Below, piece after piece: positions 17,035 to 25,662 of a DNA stretch of 40,499 nucleotides (the stretch's first letter is position 1; each line of letters begins with the position of its first letter). Made by a program: the position numbers and the translations under genes. Under the pieces are notes generated by a model, which saw only the letters and a program-made list of their open reading frames with translations, was not told where the DNA came from and ran no database searches. This stretch comes from Bdellovibrionales bacterium. Lineage in GTDB: Bacteria; Bdellovibrionota; UBA1018; CAIMNF01. Location: the NCBI GenBank assembly GCA_040380025.1, contig JBEIJY010000022.1, positions 1 through 40,499 on the forward strand, read 5' to 3'.

Positions 17035-18384
17035 CTACAGGAGATTCGAGGCAAGCTCCGAGAGCTTCGAGCGCTCCCCCTTCACGAAGGTCACGTGCGC
17101 CGCGATCGACTGATCCTTGAACCGGTCGACGAGGTACACGAGCCCGTTGTTCGCGGCATCGACGTACGGATTGTCGATCTGGAACGAGTCCCCGGTCAGC
17201 ACGATCTTGGTGTCATCGCCCGCGCGGGTGATGATCGTCTTGATTTCGTGCGGAGTCAGGTTCTGGGATTCATCGACGATCAGATACTGCTGGGGAATCG
17301 TGCGACCCCGAATGTAAGTGAGCGGCTCGATCTGCAAAAGCCCCTGATTCATGAGCTCCTGCGCGCCCTTCCCCGCTCCCCTGCGGTTCCGGTTCGCGGA
17401 GGATCCGAACAGGAAATCGACGTTGTCGTAGATCGGCTGCATCCAGGGATTCAGCTTTTCTTCGACGGTTCCGGGGAGGAACCCGATGTCTTTTCCGAGC
17501 GGGAATACGGGGCGCGAGACGAGAAGCCGGTGATACACGCCCTCGTCGACCGTCTTGACCAGACCGGCCGCGATGGCAAAGAGGGTTTTCCCCGTTCCGG
17601 CTTTTCCGAGAAGGCTCACGAGCTTCACTTCGTCATTCAAGAGCGCATCGACCGCGAACGCCTGCTCGGCGTTTTTGGGAAAAATCCCCCAGAGGCCTTC
17701 GGGCGGCTTCACGAGCGGCACGATCGATTCGAGTTCTTTCGAGAACCGCCCCATCGCCGTGTGGGTCGGATTCGCATAGTCCTTCAGAATCACGTACTGG
17801 TTCGGGTACAGCGATTTCGGTACTTCTTTTTCGTGCTCGAAGATGCGCTCGGAGAACGGAATGCGCTTGTTCGCATAAAACTCATCGACGAGTCCCGGAT
17901 CGACCCGGATGGTCGAGGAACCGGTATAGAGCTGTTCGGGCTCGACATTCGAGGGTTCGTAGTCTTCGGCCACGACACCCAAGGCATCGGCTTTGATCCG
18001 GAGATTCGCGTCTTTCGTGAGAAACACGATCGGGCGTCTCGGCTGTTCTTTTTTGAGCATGAGGGCAAGACCGAGAATCTTGTTGTCGGCCTTGTCCATT
18101 CCGAGCTCGGAGGGAAGCGGAACATCGCCGCCGCCGAGCTCCACCGTGAGCTGACCGCCGTTCGGGAGCCTCACCCCTTTGGAGAGCTCCCCCGTGGAGC
18201 GCATCTCGTCGATGAGCCGCGAGAAGTGACGCGCATGACGGCCGTTTTCGCTCATCTCGCGCTTGAAACGGTCGATCTCCTCGATCACGACGATGGGAAT
18301 GATCACATCGTTGGACCCGAGCTTGAAAATCGCGAGCGGATCGAACAAGAGAACATTGGTGTCGAGAATGAACGCTTTTTTCAA
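17035..18384 (-). CDS. PIN-domain PhoH-family protein (PhoH2/YlaK type); start TTG 18384
   Basis: PIN motif FILDTNVLL; ADNKIL; TKDANLRIKA; Walker A GKAGTGKT; IGFLPG; LTYIRGRT; IVDESQNLT. AAGGAG RBS precedes the TTG. Confidence 0.93.
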   Translation of the reverse strand: MKKAFILDTNVLLFDPLAIFKLGSNDVIIPIVVIEEIDRFKREMSENGRHARHFSRLIDEMRSTGELSKGVRLPNGGQLTVELGGGDVPLPSELGMDKADNKILGLALMLKKEQPRRPIVFLTKDANLRIKADALGVVAEDYEPSNVEPEQLYTGSSTIRVDPGLVDEFYANKRIPFSERIFEHEKEVPKSLYPNQYVILKDYANPTHTAMGRFSKELESIVPLVKPPEGLWGIFPKNAEQAFAVDALLNDEVKLVSLLGKAGTGKTLFAIAAGLVKTVDEGVYHRLLVSRPVFPLGKDIGFLPGTVEEKLNPWMQPIYDNVDFLFGSSANRNRRGAGKGAQELMNQGLLQIEPLTYIRGRTIPQQYLIVDESQNLTPHEIKTIITRAGDDTKIVLTGDSFQIDNPYVDAANNGLVYLVDRFKDQSIAAHVTFVKGERSKLSELASNLL

Positions 18385-18490
18385 TGGATGCTCCTTCTTG
18401 GCTAGCCGACGGAGAGGGGGTTGGAAAAACGCTCCCCGTTCCCTGAAAAATATCATACGATCGCAAGCACGCGAGCTGAAAAAACAAGAC

Positions 18491-21106
18491 ATGAAAGAAT
18501 TTTTGGATTGGTTGAAAGAAGAGTGCCTGCCCGGGATCTGGTCGAAGGGAGTCCAGGCCTCGCGGAGTGCGAAGTCGATCGAGAAGATCTCTCCCGAGCA
18601 TGAGACCCGCGAACTCCGGTTCAAGGTGACGAGTCCCGAGCGCGTGATCGCGTTCGAAGTCACGCTCTGGCCCGGAGACCAGGATGCCCACTGCAATTGT
18701 GGCAACAAAGCCCAGCCTTGTCATCATATCGTTTCGGCCGCGCTGGCCGTGGCGAACGGAACCCTGCGGGCATCTTCGGACGCCGCGGAGGCATCCCCTG
18801 CTCCGAAGCTCGTATATCGCTGGGAATACCGAAGCGATCCGGACGGTTCGGGAAAGCTCTCGCTCCGGCGAAGCATCGCAAGCGGGGGAACCGAAACTCC
18901 CGTTCCCTCGTCGCTGATCGCCTGGATCGGAGGAATCAAGAGCGGCCGGATCAAGGGGGCGCTTCCGGCGGTGACTGCGAACGACCTCGCGCTCGATGAG
19001 CTTTACGCGCGGGAGACTCCGGAGTGGCCCGAGGTTCTGAGGATTCTTCGGAATTTCCCGCCGATTCCGCTCGAAGGACACCCCGAATGGCGCGAGCTCA
19101 CGGTCCGGGCGCAGTCCGGCGTTCCGGTTCTTCAGGTCCGGGCGCTTGCAATAAACACATTTCGAATCGGACCTCTCGAGGATGAATCGCGAGGGGAAAT
19201 CCTGAAAAACGGACTCCGGATCCGCGACGGAATGCTCGAGTGCGGGAGTACGAGGCCGGTCTTCCGGGAGCGGGTTCTTCGATCTTCGGAAATCACAGAG
19301 TTTGTTTTGAATGAATTGCCACGTCTTCGCGAGGAGTACGAAGTTCTCGATCCGGACGGCGCCCTTCCCGCCATCCACGACGGAACGCCCGGAATTCAAA
19401 TCAAGATCGAAGCCCTCGCCGGGGAGCGCTTTGCCGTGACCGCGGTGCTCGAATATGATCCGCCCCCCGAAGGATCGGTTCTTCGGAGAAATGCGAGCGC
19501 GGAGCGGACCCTGGCGCGCGAGGTCCGCGATTCAATGAATCTCTCCCCCGGAGACCCGCGGATCGTCACCGCATCGGAATTGCTGAACCTGAGAGAAAAA
19601 ACCCGATTTCCGGGAGCAAAAGAGGCTTTTGATGGAGTTCTGGGCGCCTATCTGGACCGCACTGCCGGAATCTCGATCGAGTCGGCGCTTCCTTGCCTCG
19701 AATCCGTGCGAGCCATTCTGCGAATCCGCGAGTCGCAGCCCGCGGAACGGGACCGCACCGGGGCGCTGTTGTCGAGACTCGTGGCGCGAGTTCCCGTTCC
19801 CGAAAAAGAACGTTCCGGTTTGATCCCGCAGACGATCGCAGGCGTACTCCGCGAATATCAAAAAACGGGGGTGAATTGGCTCTCGGACCGCTCCCGCCAT
19901 CTGGGCGGTGCCATTCTTGCGGACGACATGGGACTCGGAAAAACCCTGCAAACCCTGGCCGTGCTCGAAGCACCGTCGCTCGTCGTGGTGCCGACCTCGC
20001 TCCTCGGCGGCTGGAAGTCCGAGGCCGCACGGTTCAGGCCTGATCTGAGCGTGTCGGTTTATCACGGACCGGACCGCGCGTGGAATCCGGCGAGTGGCCT
20101 GACCCTGACCACCTATGCTCTTTTGCGTCAGGAATCGGAGCGGTTTTCGAGTCAGGACTGGAAGTGCGTGGTGCTCGATGAAGCACATTTGATCCGGAAC
20201 CCCGAAACGCAGGCCGCGATCGCAGCCTGCTCCTTGAACGGGAATTTCAGGCTGGCGCTCACGGGAACCCCGATTCAAAACCGGAAACGCGATCTGGAGA
20301 GTCTCTTCCAGTTCATCGCTCCCGGATTGTTCCAAGACGAGTCGGAGCTCCGCGCGGATCTGATCGCGCCGTTTGTGTTGCGCAGAACCAAGGAACAGGT
20401 GCTTCCGGAGCTTCCTCCGAAAACCCGGATCGAACACGGCATTCTTCTTCGCGAGGAGGAGCGGAGATTTTACGATTCGCTTTTTCTTGCCGCAAAAAAG
20501 GAAATTCTATCGCGACTCGATGGAGGAGAGACGCTCTCCCCGCTCACTTTTTTTGAAGTTCTTTTGCGCTCGCGCCAGGCATGCAGTCACAGGAGGCTGA
20601 TCCGGCCTTCGGAGGGAACACCCCGCTCCTCGAAACTGGATGCCATTCTGGGGCTTCTCTCGGAGCTGAACGAGGCGGGACACTCGGTTCTGGTGTATTC
20701 GCAGTGGACGGGGTTTTTGGATCTGCTTGAAGAGGAACTCCGGGGCCGCACCCCCTGCCACCGGCTCGACGGTGCGACTCGGGACCGCGAGGGCGTGGTA
20801 CGGGGATTTCAGGAAGACTCCTCGCCCTCGGTATTCCTGCTCTCGCTCCATGCGGGCGGCGTGGGACTGAATCTCGTCAAAGCGACCCATGTCGTGTTCT
20901 GCGAACCTTGGTGGAACCCGCAGGTGGAATTGCAAGCGGAAGACCGCGCCTTCCGGATGGGGCAGGAAAAACCGGTCACCATTCATCGGTTTTTGGCCAC
21001 GGACACCGTGGAGATGGCGATTCGCGACCTGCAAAAACAGAAACTGGCGCTCGGAGAGGAATGGTTCACCGCCACTGAACTCCGGAAGTTGGTTTTGGAG
21101 GAATGA
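18491..21106 (+). CDS. SWIM zinc-finger SNF2/DEAD-like helicase (start reassigned to ATG 18491)
   Basis: SWIM CNC...PCHH; LADDMGLGKT; LDEAH; LTGTP; HAGGVGLNL; PWWNP; QAEDRAFRMGQ. The upstream extension would overlap the PhoH gene. Confidence 0.92.
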   Translation: MKEFLDWLKEECLPGIWSKGVQASRSAKSIEKISPEHETRELRFKVTSPERVIAFEVTLWPGDQDAHCNCGNKAQPCHHIVSAALAVANGTLRASSDAAEASPAPKLVYRWEYRSDPDGSGKLSLRRSIASGGTETPVPSSLIAWIGGIKSGRIKGALPAVTANDLALDELYARETPEWPEVLRILRNFPPIPLEGHPEWRELTVRAQSGVPVLQVRALAINTFRIGPLEDESRGEILKNGLRIRDGMLECGSTRPVFRERVLRSSEITEFVLNELPRLREEYEVLDPDGALPAIHDGTPGIQIKIEALAGERFAVTAVLEYDPPPEGSVLRRNASAERTLAREVRDSMNLSPGDPRIVTASELLNLREKTRFPGAKEAFDGVLGAYLDRTAGISIESALPCLESVRAILRIRESQPAERDRTGALLSRLVARVPVPEKERSGLIPQTIAGVLREYQKTGVNWLSDRSRHLGGAILADDMGLGKTLQTLAVLEAPSLVVVPTSLLGGWKSEAARFRPDLSVSVYHGPDRAWNPASGLTLTTYALLRQESERFSSQDWKCVVLDEAHLIRNPETQAAIAACSLNGNFRLALTGTPIQNRKRDLESLFQFIAPGLFQDESELRADLIAPFVLRRTKEQVLPELPPKTRIEHGILLREEERRFYDSLFLAAKKEILSRLDGGETLSPLTFFEVLLRSRQACSHRRLIRPSEGTPRSSKLDAILGLLSELNEAGHSVLVYSQWTGFLDLLEEELRGRTPCHRLDGATRDREGVVRGFQEDSSPSVFLLSLHAGGVGLNLVKATHVVFCEPWWNPQVELQAEDRAFRMGQEKPVTIHRFLATDTVEMAIRDLQKQKLALGEEWFTATELRKLVLEE

Positions 21107-21190
21107 CGGGGCGTTTTTTCTGATCCGCGGGACATTTTATCTGACGTAAACACATGGTCTTTTGATCTTTCTTCGGGACGCCAGATGTCA

Positions 21191-21196
21191 TATGAT
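21191..21196 (+). promoter_or_regulatory. Probable -10 box (TATGAT) of glmS, leaderless or near-leaderless
   Basis: TATGAT lies 8 nt before ATG 21205 and there is no Shine-Dalgarno. Confidence 0.45.
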
Positions 21197-21204
21197 CTGG
21201 CCCC

Positions 21205-23052
21205 ATGTGCGGAATTGTTGGTTATGTCGGACAAAAGCAAGCCCTTCCTGTTCTCCTCGACGGACTGAAACGTCTGGAATACCGCGGTTATGACTCGGCG
21301 GGATTCGCCCTCTATTCGAAGGGGGAGTTTGCGATCAAGCGGAATGCGGGTCCCGTGGAGGGCCTGGTGGAAGCCAGCACCGGAATGGGAAAAACCGAGA
21401 CCCAAGGCATCGCCCACACCCGCTGGGCCACCCATGGCGCTCCGAACGAGACCAATGCCCATCCTCACCGGGCCGGCGAGATCGTGCTCGTTCACAACGG
21501 GATCATCGAAAACTATGCTGAGCTGAAATCCATGCTCGAGGCGCGCGGAGTGGCGTTCTCGTCACAGACCGACACCGAAGTATTCGCCCAGCTGATCGAA
21601 TACCGGAGAACGCTTGCTCAGGAATCGGGAGCGGCCGGCGGACCGGAGGAGATCTTGCTTCGGGCCATGAGGGAAGCGGCGGATGAGGTCGAAGGACACT
21701 ATGCGATTGTCCTGATGTCACGGTCGATTCCCGGAAAAATCTTCGGAATCCAGAACGGAGCTCCGCTCGTCGGCGCAAACTTGAAAGACGGAGTCCTGCT
21801 TGCAAGCGACCTGCAGGCCGTCATCCCCTACCACAACGAAGTGGGGTTTCTCCCGAAAGGCGTGATCTTCACTGCCGATGAAAAAGGGATTTCCTGCCCC
21901 GGACTTCGCTTCGAAAAAATCGACTGGACTGCCGACAAAGTCGAGAAAAACGGCTTTGAGAGCTTCATGCTGAAAGAGATTTTCCAGCAACCCATGGTCG
22001 TGGCCGACACCCTGACCGGAAGACTTCCGCCGGGAGAGACCAGCTCGTTTATCTGGGACCATCAGAAGGCGCACGAGGTGCTCTGGAAGAACGTGAAGCG
22101 CCTGTACCTCATCGCCTGCGGAACGAGCAGTCATGCGGCGATGGCGGCGAAGTACTTTTTCGAGCGCTGGGCGCGGCTCGACTGCCAGGTCGACATTGCG
22201 AGTGAGTTCCGCTACCGGGATCCGGTATTCGAGCCGGGCACGGTGGTCGGCGTGATCTCGCAATCGGGTGAGACGGCCGACACGCTTGCGGCGCTCCGAC
22301 TTGCGAACCAGGCGGGAATCTCGACGTTCTCGATTTGCAATGTCCCGAACTCGACGATCGCCCGGGAGAGCGGATTCCAGTATCCCACGAAGGCAGGCCC
22401 AGAAATCGGCGTCGCATCGACGAAGGCCTTCACCTCGCAGATCACAATTCTATGCGCGCTTGCGCTCGACGTGGCGCGCCTGCGCGGCATCCGCGCCGTG
22501 CACGAGGAATCGATCCAGAATTCCTTTCATGGCCTGGCAAGGCTTCCGCAAGATCTCGATCAGATTCTCTCGAAAAGCGAGACCTTCCTGAAAATCGGAG
22601 AGACCCTGAAGGACCAGCGGATCATTCTTTTTGTTGGCCGCGGAACCATGCACCCGATCGCGCTCGAGGGTGCCTTGAAGTTCAAGGAGCTCACCTATTT
22701 GCCCGCGGAAGGCTTCGCGGCCGGAGAGCTGAAGCACGGACCGATTGCGTACATCGATCCGAAAGTCTCGGTCATCGTTCTTGCGCCGAAAGATGAGTGG
22801 TATTCGAAGACCATCTCGAATCTCGAAGAGATCCGCGCGCGGGGCGGTCACATCATCACGATCGGAACCGAAGGCGATGAGTTGGCACGGACTCTTTCAA
22901 ACGAGTTCATCGGACTTCCTGCTTCCTCGTGGGGGACGCAGCCGATTCTTTCGGTGGTGCCGCTCCAACTCCTGGCCTATGGCTGTGCCCGCGCTCTCGG
23001 ACGAAACATCGACAAACCGCGGAACCTCGCGAAATCGGTGACGGTGGAATAA
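21205..23052 (+). CDS. glmS: Glutamine-fructose-6-phosphate aminotransferase
   Basis: MCGIVGY, LEYRGYDSAG, HTRWATHG, SQSGETADT, GVASTKAF, GELKHGP, terminal PRNLAKSVTVE. Confidence 0.98.
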   Translation: MCGIVGYVGQKQALPVLLDGLKRLEYRGYDSAGFALYSKGEFAIKRNAGPVEGLVEASTGMGKTETQGIAHTRWATHGAPNETNAHPHRAGEIVLVHNGIIENYAELKSMLEARGVAFSSQTDTEVFAQLIEYRRTLAQESGAAGGPEEILLRAMREAADEVEGHYAIVLMSRSIPGKIFGIQNGAPLVGANLKDGVLLASDLQAVIPYHNEVGFLPKGVIFTADEKGISCPGLRFEKIDWTADKVEKNGFESFMLKEIFQQPMVVADTLTGRLPPGETSSFIWDHQKAHEVLWKNVKRLYLIACGTSSHAAMAAKYFFERWARLDCQVDIASEFRYRDPVFEPGTVVGVISQSGETADTLAALRLANQAGISTFSICNVPNSTIARESGFQYPTKAGPEIGVASTKAFTSQITILCALALDVARLRGIRAVHEESIQNSFHGLARLPQDLDQILSKSETFLKIGETLKDQRIILFVGRGTMHPIALEGALKFKELTYLPAEGFAAGELKHGPIAYIDPKVSVIVLAPKDEWYSKTISNLEEIRARGGHIITIGTEGDELARTLSNEFIGLPASSWGTQPILSVVPLQLLAYGCARALGRNIDKPRNLAKSVTVE

Positions 23053-23054
23053 GC

Positions 23055-23405
23055 TTAGAGCAGTCCGATTCCGAACTTTTTGATGAAGGCGGCGAAAAGG
23101 CCGAAACAGACCGCCGTGACGGCGACACAAGCCGCAAGCGTCGCCCAGAAGCCGATCCGGGGCAACAGAACCGGAAAAATCAAAAACATCGGAAGCGTCG
23201 GAATCACATACCAGAACGTATAGTATGCGTGGTTCGCGATTTTCTCGTCGCCCTGGTTTTCGATCCGGAGCCAGATCAGGGTCAGGATCGTGACCAAGGG
23301 AAGAGCCGCCACGAACCCGCCCCATTTGTCGCTTCGTTTGGCCAGTTCGGAAATCAGCACCACCAGGAAGGCGGTCAATGCATACTTGATGAGGATCCAG
23401 GTCAT
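23055..23405 (-). CDS. Small membrane protein, DUF3147-like (start likely ATG 23405)
   Basis: LVVLISELAKRS, GGFVAALPL and YYTFWYVIPTLPMF; four hydrophobic segments. Confidence 0.82.
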   Translation of the reverse strand: MTWILIKYALTAFLVVLISELAKRSDKWGGFVAALPLVTILTLIWLRIENQGDEKIANHAYYTFWYVIPTLPMFLIFPVLLPRIGFWATLAACVAVTAVCFGLFAAFIKKFGIGLL

Positions 23406-23453
23406 ACGTGAGAAATACACCAAGCGGATTTGGTTTTCCATGCCCGCCCCCGC

Positions 23454-23482
23454 TTGCGCGAACGGAGACCGCGGTCTAGACT
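23454..23482 (+). promoter_or_regulatory. Sigma70-type promoter giving a leaderless transcript for the 23489 gene
   Basis: TTGCGC-N17-TAGACT-N6-ATG; no Shine-Dalgarno. Confidence 0.65.
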
Positions 23483-23488
23483 TTCTTC

Positions 23489-24340
23489 ATGAAATTGCGG
23501 ATCGCCCCTCTTCTGCTCGTGACCCTCTGCCTTGAATCCACCCCCGCACTCGCGACAGCCGAAACTCCCGAGGCTCTTTTGACCCGCTCGCAGGAGCTGT
23601 TCCAGAAAGAAGACCATGACGGCGCGCTGAAAATGCTCCAGAAATACATGGGGAAACTCATGGGTCTTCCGAAGCAAAGAACACGCACCCGGCTCCGGTT
23701 CCTCGCGATCGCGGCGATGGGACGGATCCATCTGCAGTATAAGCGCGACCCGAAAGGAGCGATCGCCTGGTTCGAGAAAATCCGGAAAGACCAGTCCTTG
23801 ACCGATGCCGAGCAGGACATCGTGAACGGATGGATCGCGGCCGCCGAGGACTGGATCAAACTCGGACGATTCCCCGAGGCGACTTCATCCGAAAAAGAAC
23901 TGTTTGAAATCGGAAAACGATATTATGAGTCCGGACGGAAAAAACAGAAATACACCATGGATCAGGCAGGCACCGCCGACTTCAGCATCGCGCAGACGTA
24001 TTTCATTCCGTTTTTGATGAACTACGACAAGAGCGCCAACATCGGAGAAGTGCTGTTCATGATGGGCGACATGAGACGCCGTCTCTGGACGACAAACCGG
24101 TTCTGGAGCGGAAACCACTATCTTTCCGAAACCATCCGGCGGTTCCCCGACTCTCCTCTCGCAGTGCGTGCCTACGATGCGCTGAAGGAAGACGTCGAAT
24201 TCGCCTACTCGGGCTCGAGCGGAACCCATGTTCCCCGCTCTTGGAACGAATTGCTCGTGGTCCTTGACCGGATGGCCCACGGAAAAGACCGCTTGGACGG
24301 ACCTGCGCCAACGCCCGCTCCGCCGAAACCGGTGAATTAG
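23489..24340 (+). CDS. Hypothetical exported alpha-helical (TPR-like) protein, 283 aa
   Basis: Signal peptide MKLRIAPLLLVTLCLESTPALA; TPR-like helices (GAIAWFEKI, ETIRRFPDSPLAVRAY); promoter upstream; 13 bp before the next gene. Confidence 0.78.
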   Translation: MKLRIAPLLLVTLCLESTPALATAETPEALLTRSQELFQKEDHDGALKMLQKYMGKLMGLPKQRTRTRLRFLAIAAMGRIHLQYKRDPKGAIAWFEKIRKDQSLTDAEQDIVNGWIAAAEDWIKLGRFPEATSSEKELFEIGKRYYESGRKKQKYTMDQAGTADFSIAQTYFIPFLMNYDKSANIGEVLFMMGDMRRRLWTTNRFWSGNHYLSETIRRFPDSPLAVRAYDALKEDVEFAYSGSSGTHVPRSWNELLVVLDRMAHGKDRLDGPAPTPAPPKPVN

Positions 24341-24353
24341 GAGCGAGGGAATC

Positions 24354-25637
24354 ATGATCGCCTCCCTTCCGTATGTCACCGCAGAAGAAGCGTTCTCGGT
24401 CCTGCGTCCCGGGATGCGGGTTTTTTTGCACGGAAGCGCCTGCACTCCCCTTCACTTTTGCTCGGAGCTTGCGAGACTCCATGAGCGGATGCAGGGCCTT
24501 GAACTCGTTTCGATCTCGCTCTTCGGGGACATCTCGATCGATAAGCCCGGATTCGAGAACCACTTCCGTTTGAACAGTCTGTTTGTTTCGGCCTCGCTCC
24601 GCGAAGCGGTGAATGCGGGACGCGCGGATTTCACTCCCGTGTTCTTGAGCGACATTCCCGATCTTTTCAGAAACGGAGTGCTTCCCCTCGATGTTGCGAT
24701 GGTGCAGGTTTCGCCGCCGGATGCGCACGGATTCTGCTCGCTCGGGCTTTCGGTCGATGTGGCGCGTTCTGCCGTGAACGAGGCGAAACTGGTCCTGGCG
24801 CTCGTGAACCCGCAAATGCCTCGCACCCACGGAGACGGACAGATCCATGTGAGCCGGATCACAAAAGCGGTGTTTCATGACTCTCCCTTGCCCGAGGTTT
24901 CGTATTCGGCAAAGGCGCGCCCCGAGGAACGGAAAGTCGGAGAGGAAGTCGCAAAGCTGATTCCGGATCGGGCGACACTGCAAATGGGAATCGGAACCAT
25001 TCCGGATGCGACGCTCGCGGCGCTCGGGAATCATCGGGATCTCGGCGTGCACACCGAGATGTGCAGTGACGGCGTGATGGACCTGATCGAACGCGGAGTG
25101 ATCACGAATCGCCACAAGCGCATCCACCCGAACAAGACCGTGACGAGCTTTGCAGCGGGATCAAGACGGTTTTACGGGTTCCTTCATGATCACCCGGGCT
25201 TTGCGTTTCTCGACATCGATTATGTGAATGATCCGCATGTGATCCGCCGGAATGATCTCGTGATGGCGGTGAATTGCGCGCTTGAAATCGATCTCACGGG
25301 TCAGGTCTGTGCCGACAGTCTCGGAACGCATCAATACAGTGGCATCGGCGGGCAGATGGACTTCATGAGGGGGGCCGCACTCAGTGCCGGAGGAAAGCCC
25401 ATCATCGCCCTTACCTCGCGCACCAAATCGGGCCAGTCCCGGATCGTGCCGGTGTTGAAGTCCGGCGCAGGGGTGGTGACCACGCGCGGACACGTGCACT
25501 TTGTCGTGACCGAGTACGGAAGCGTGAATCTTTTCGGGAAAAGCCTACGTGAGCGGGCCAAAGCCCTGATCGGAATCGCGCATCCGGAAGATCGGGAAGC
25601 GCTCGCCCGCGAGGCATTTGACCGGCTTCACTGCTGA
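24354..25637 (+). CDS. Acetyl-CoA hydrolase / 4-hydroxybutyrate CoA-transferase family
   Basis: VSPPDAHGFCSLG, NPQMPRTHGD, LQMGIG, LGVHTEM, SGIGGQMDFMRGA, VVTEYG, IAHPEDRE; AGGAG RBS. Confidence 0.95.
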   Translation: MIASLPYVTAEEAFSVLRPGMRVFLHGSACTPLHFCSELARLHERMQGLELVSISLFGDISIDKPGFENHFRLNSLFVSASLREAVNAGRADFTPVFLSDIPDLFRNGVLPLDVAMVQVSPPDAHGFCSLGLSVDVARSAVNEAKLVLALVNPQMPRTHGDGQIHVSRITKAVFHDSPLPEVSYSAKARPEERKVGEEVAKLIPDRATLQMGIGTIPDATLAALGNHRDLGVHTEMCSDGVMDLIERGVITNRHKRIHPNKTVTSFAAGSRRFYGFLHDHPGFAFLDIDYVNDPHVIRRNDLVMAVNCALEIDLTGQVCADSLGTHQYSGIGGQMDFMRGAALSAGGKPIIALTSRTKSGQSRIVPVLKSGAGVVTTRGHVHFVVTEYGSVNLFGKSLRERAKALIGIAHPEDREALAREAFDRLHC

Positions 25638-25662
25638 TTTCACAACTGATTTCACTGCTGAG
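25627..25662. repeat. Three tandem 12-bp units spanning the stop codons of two convergent genes
   Basis: TTCACTGCTGAT / TTCACAACTGAT / TTCACTGCTGAG. Confidence 0.85.

Noticed and set aside
17035..21106. PIN-PhoH plus SWIM-SNF2 as a toxin-antitoxin or anti-phage system
   Set aside because: Both are widespread housekeeping-type families. They are divergently transcribed, no antitoxin, nuclease or methylase partner is adjacent, and the context is core genes.
21107..21204. glmS ribozyme upstream of glmS
   Set aside because: The intergenic gap is only 98 bp, I see no recognisable ribozyme core, and a -10-like box sits 8 nt before the ATG, leaving no room for a leader.
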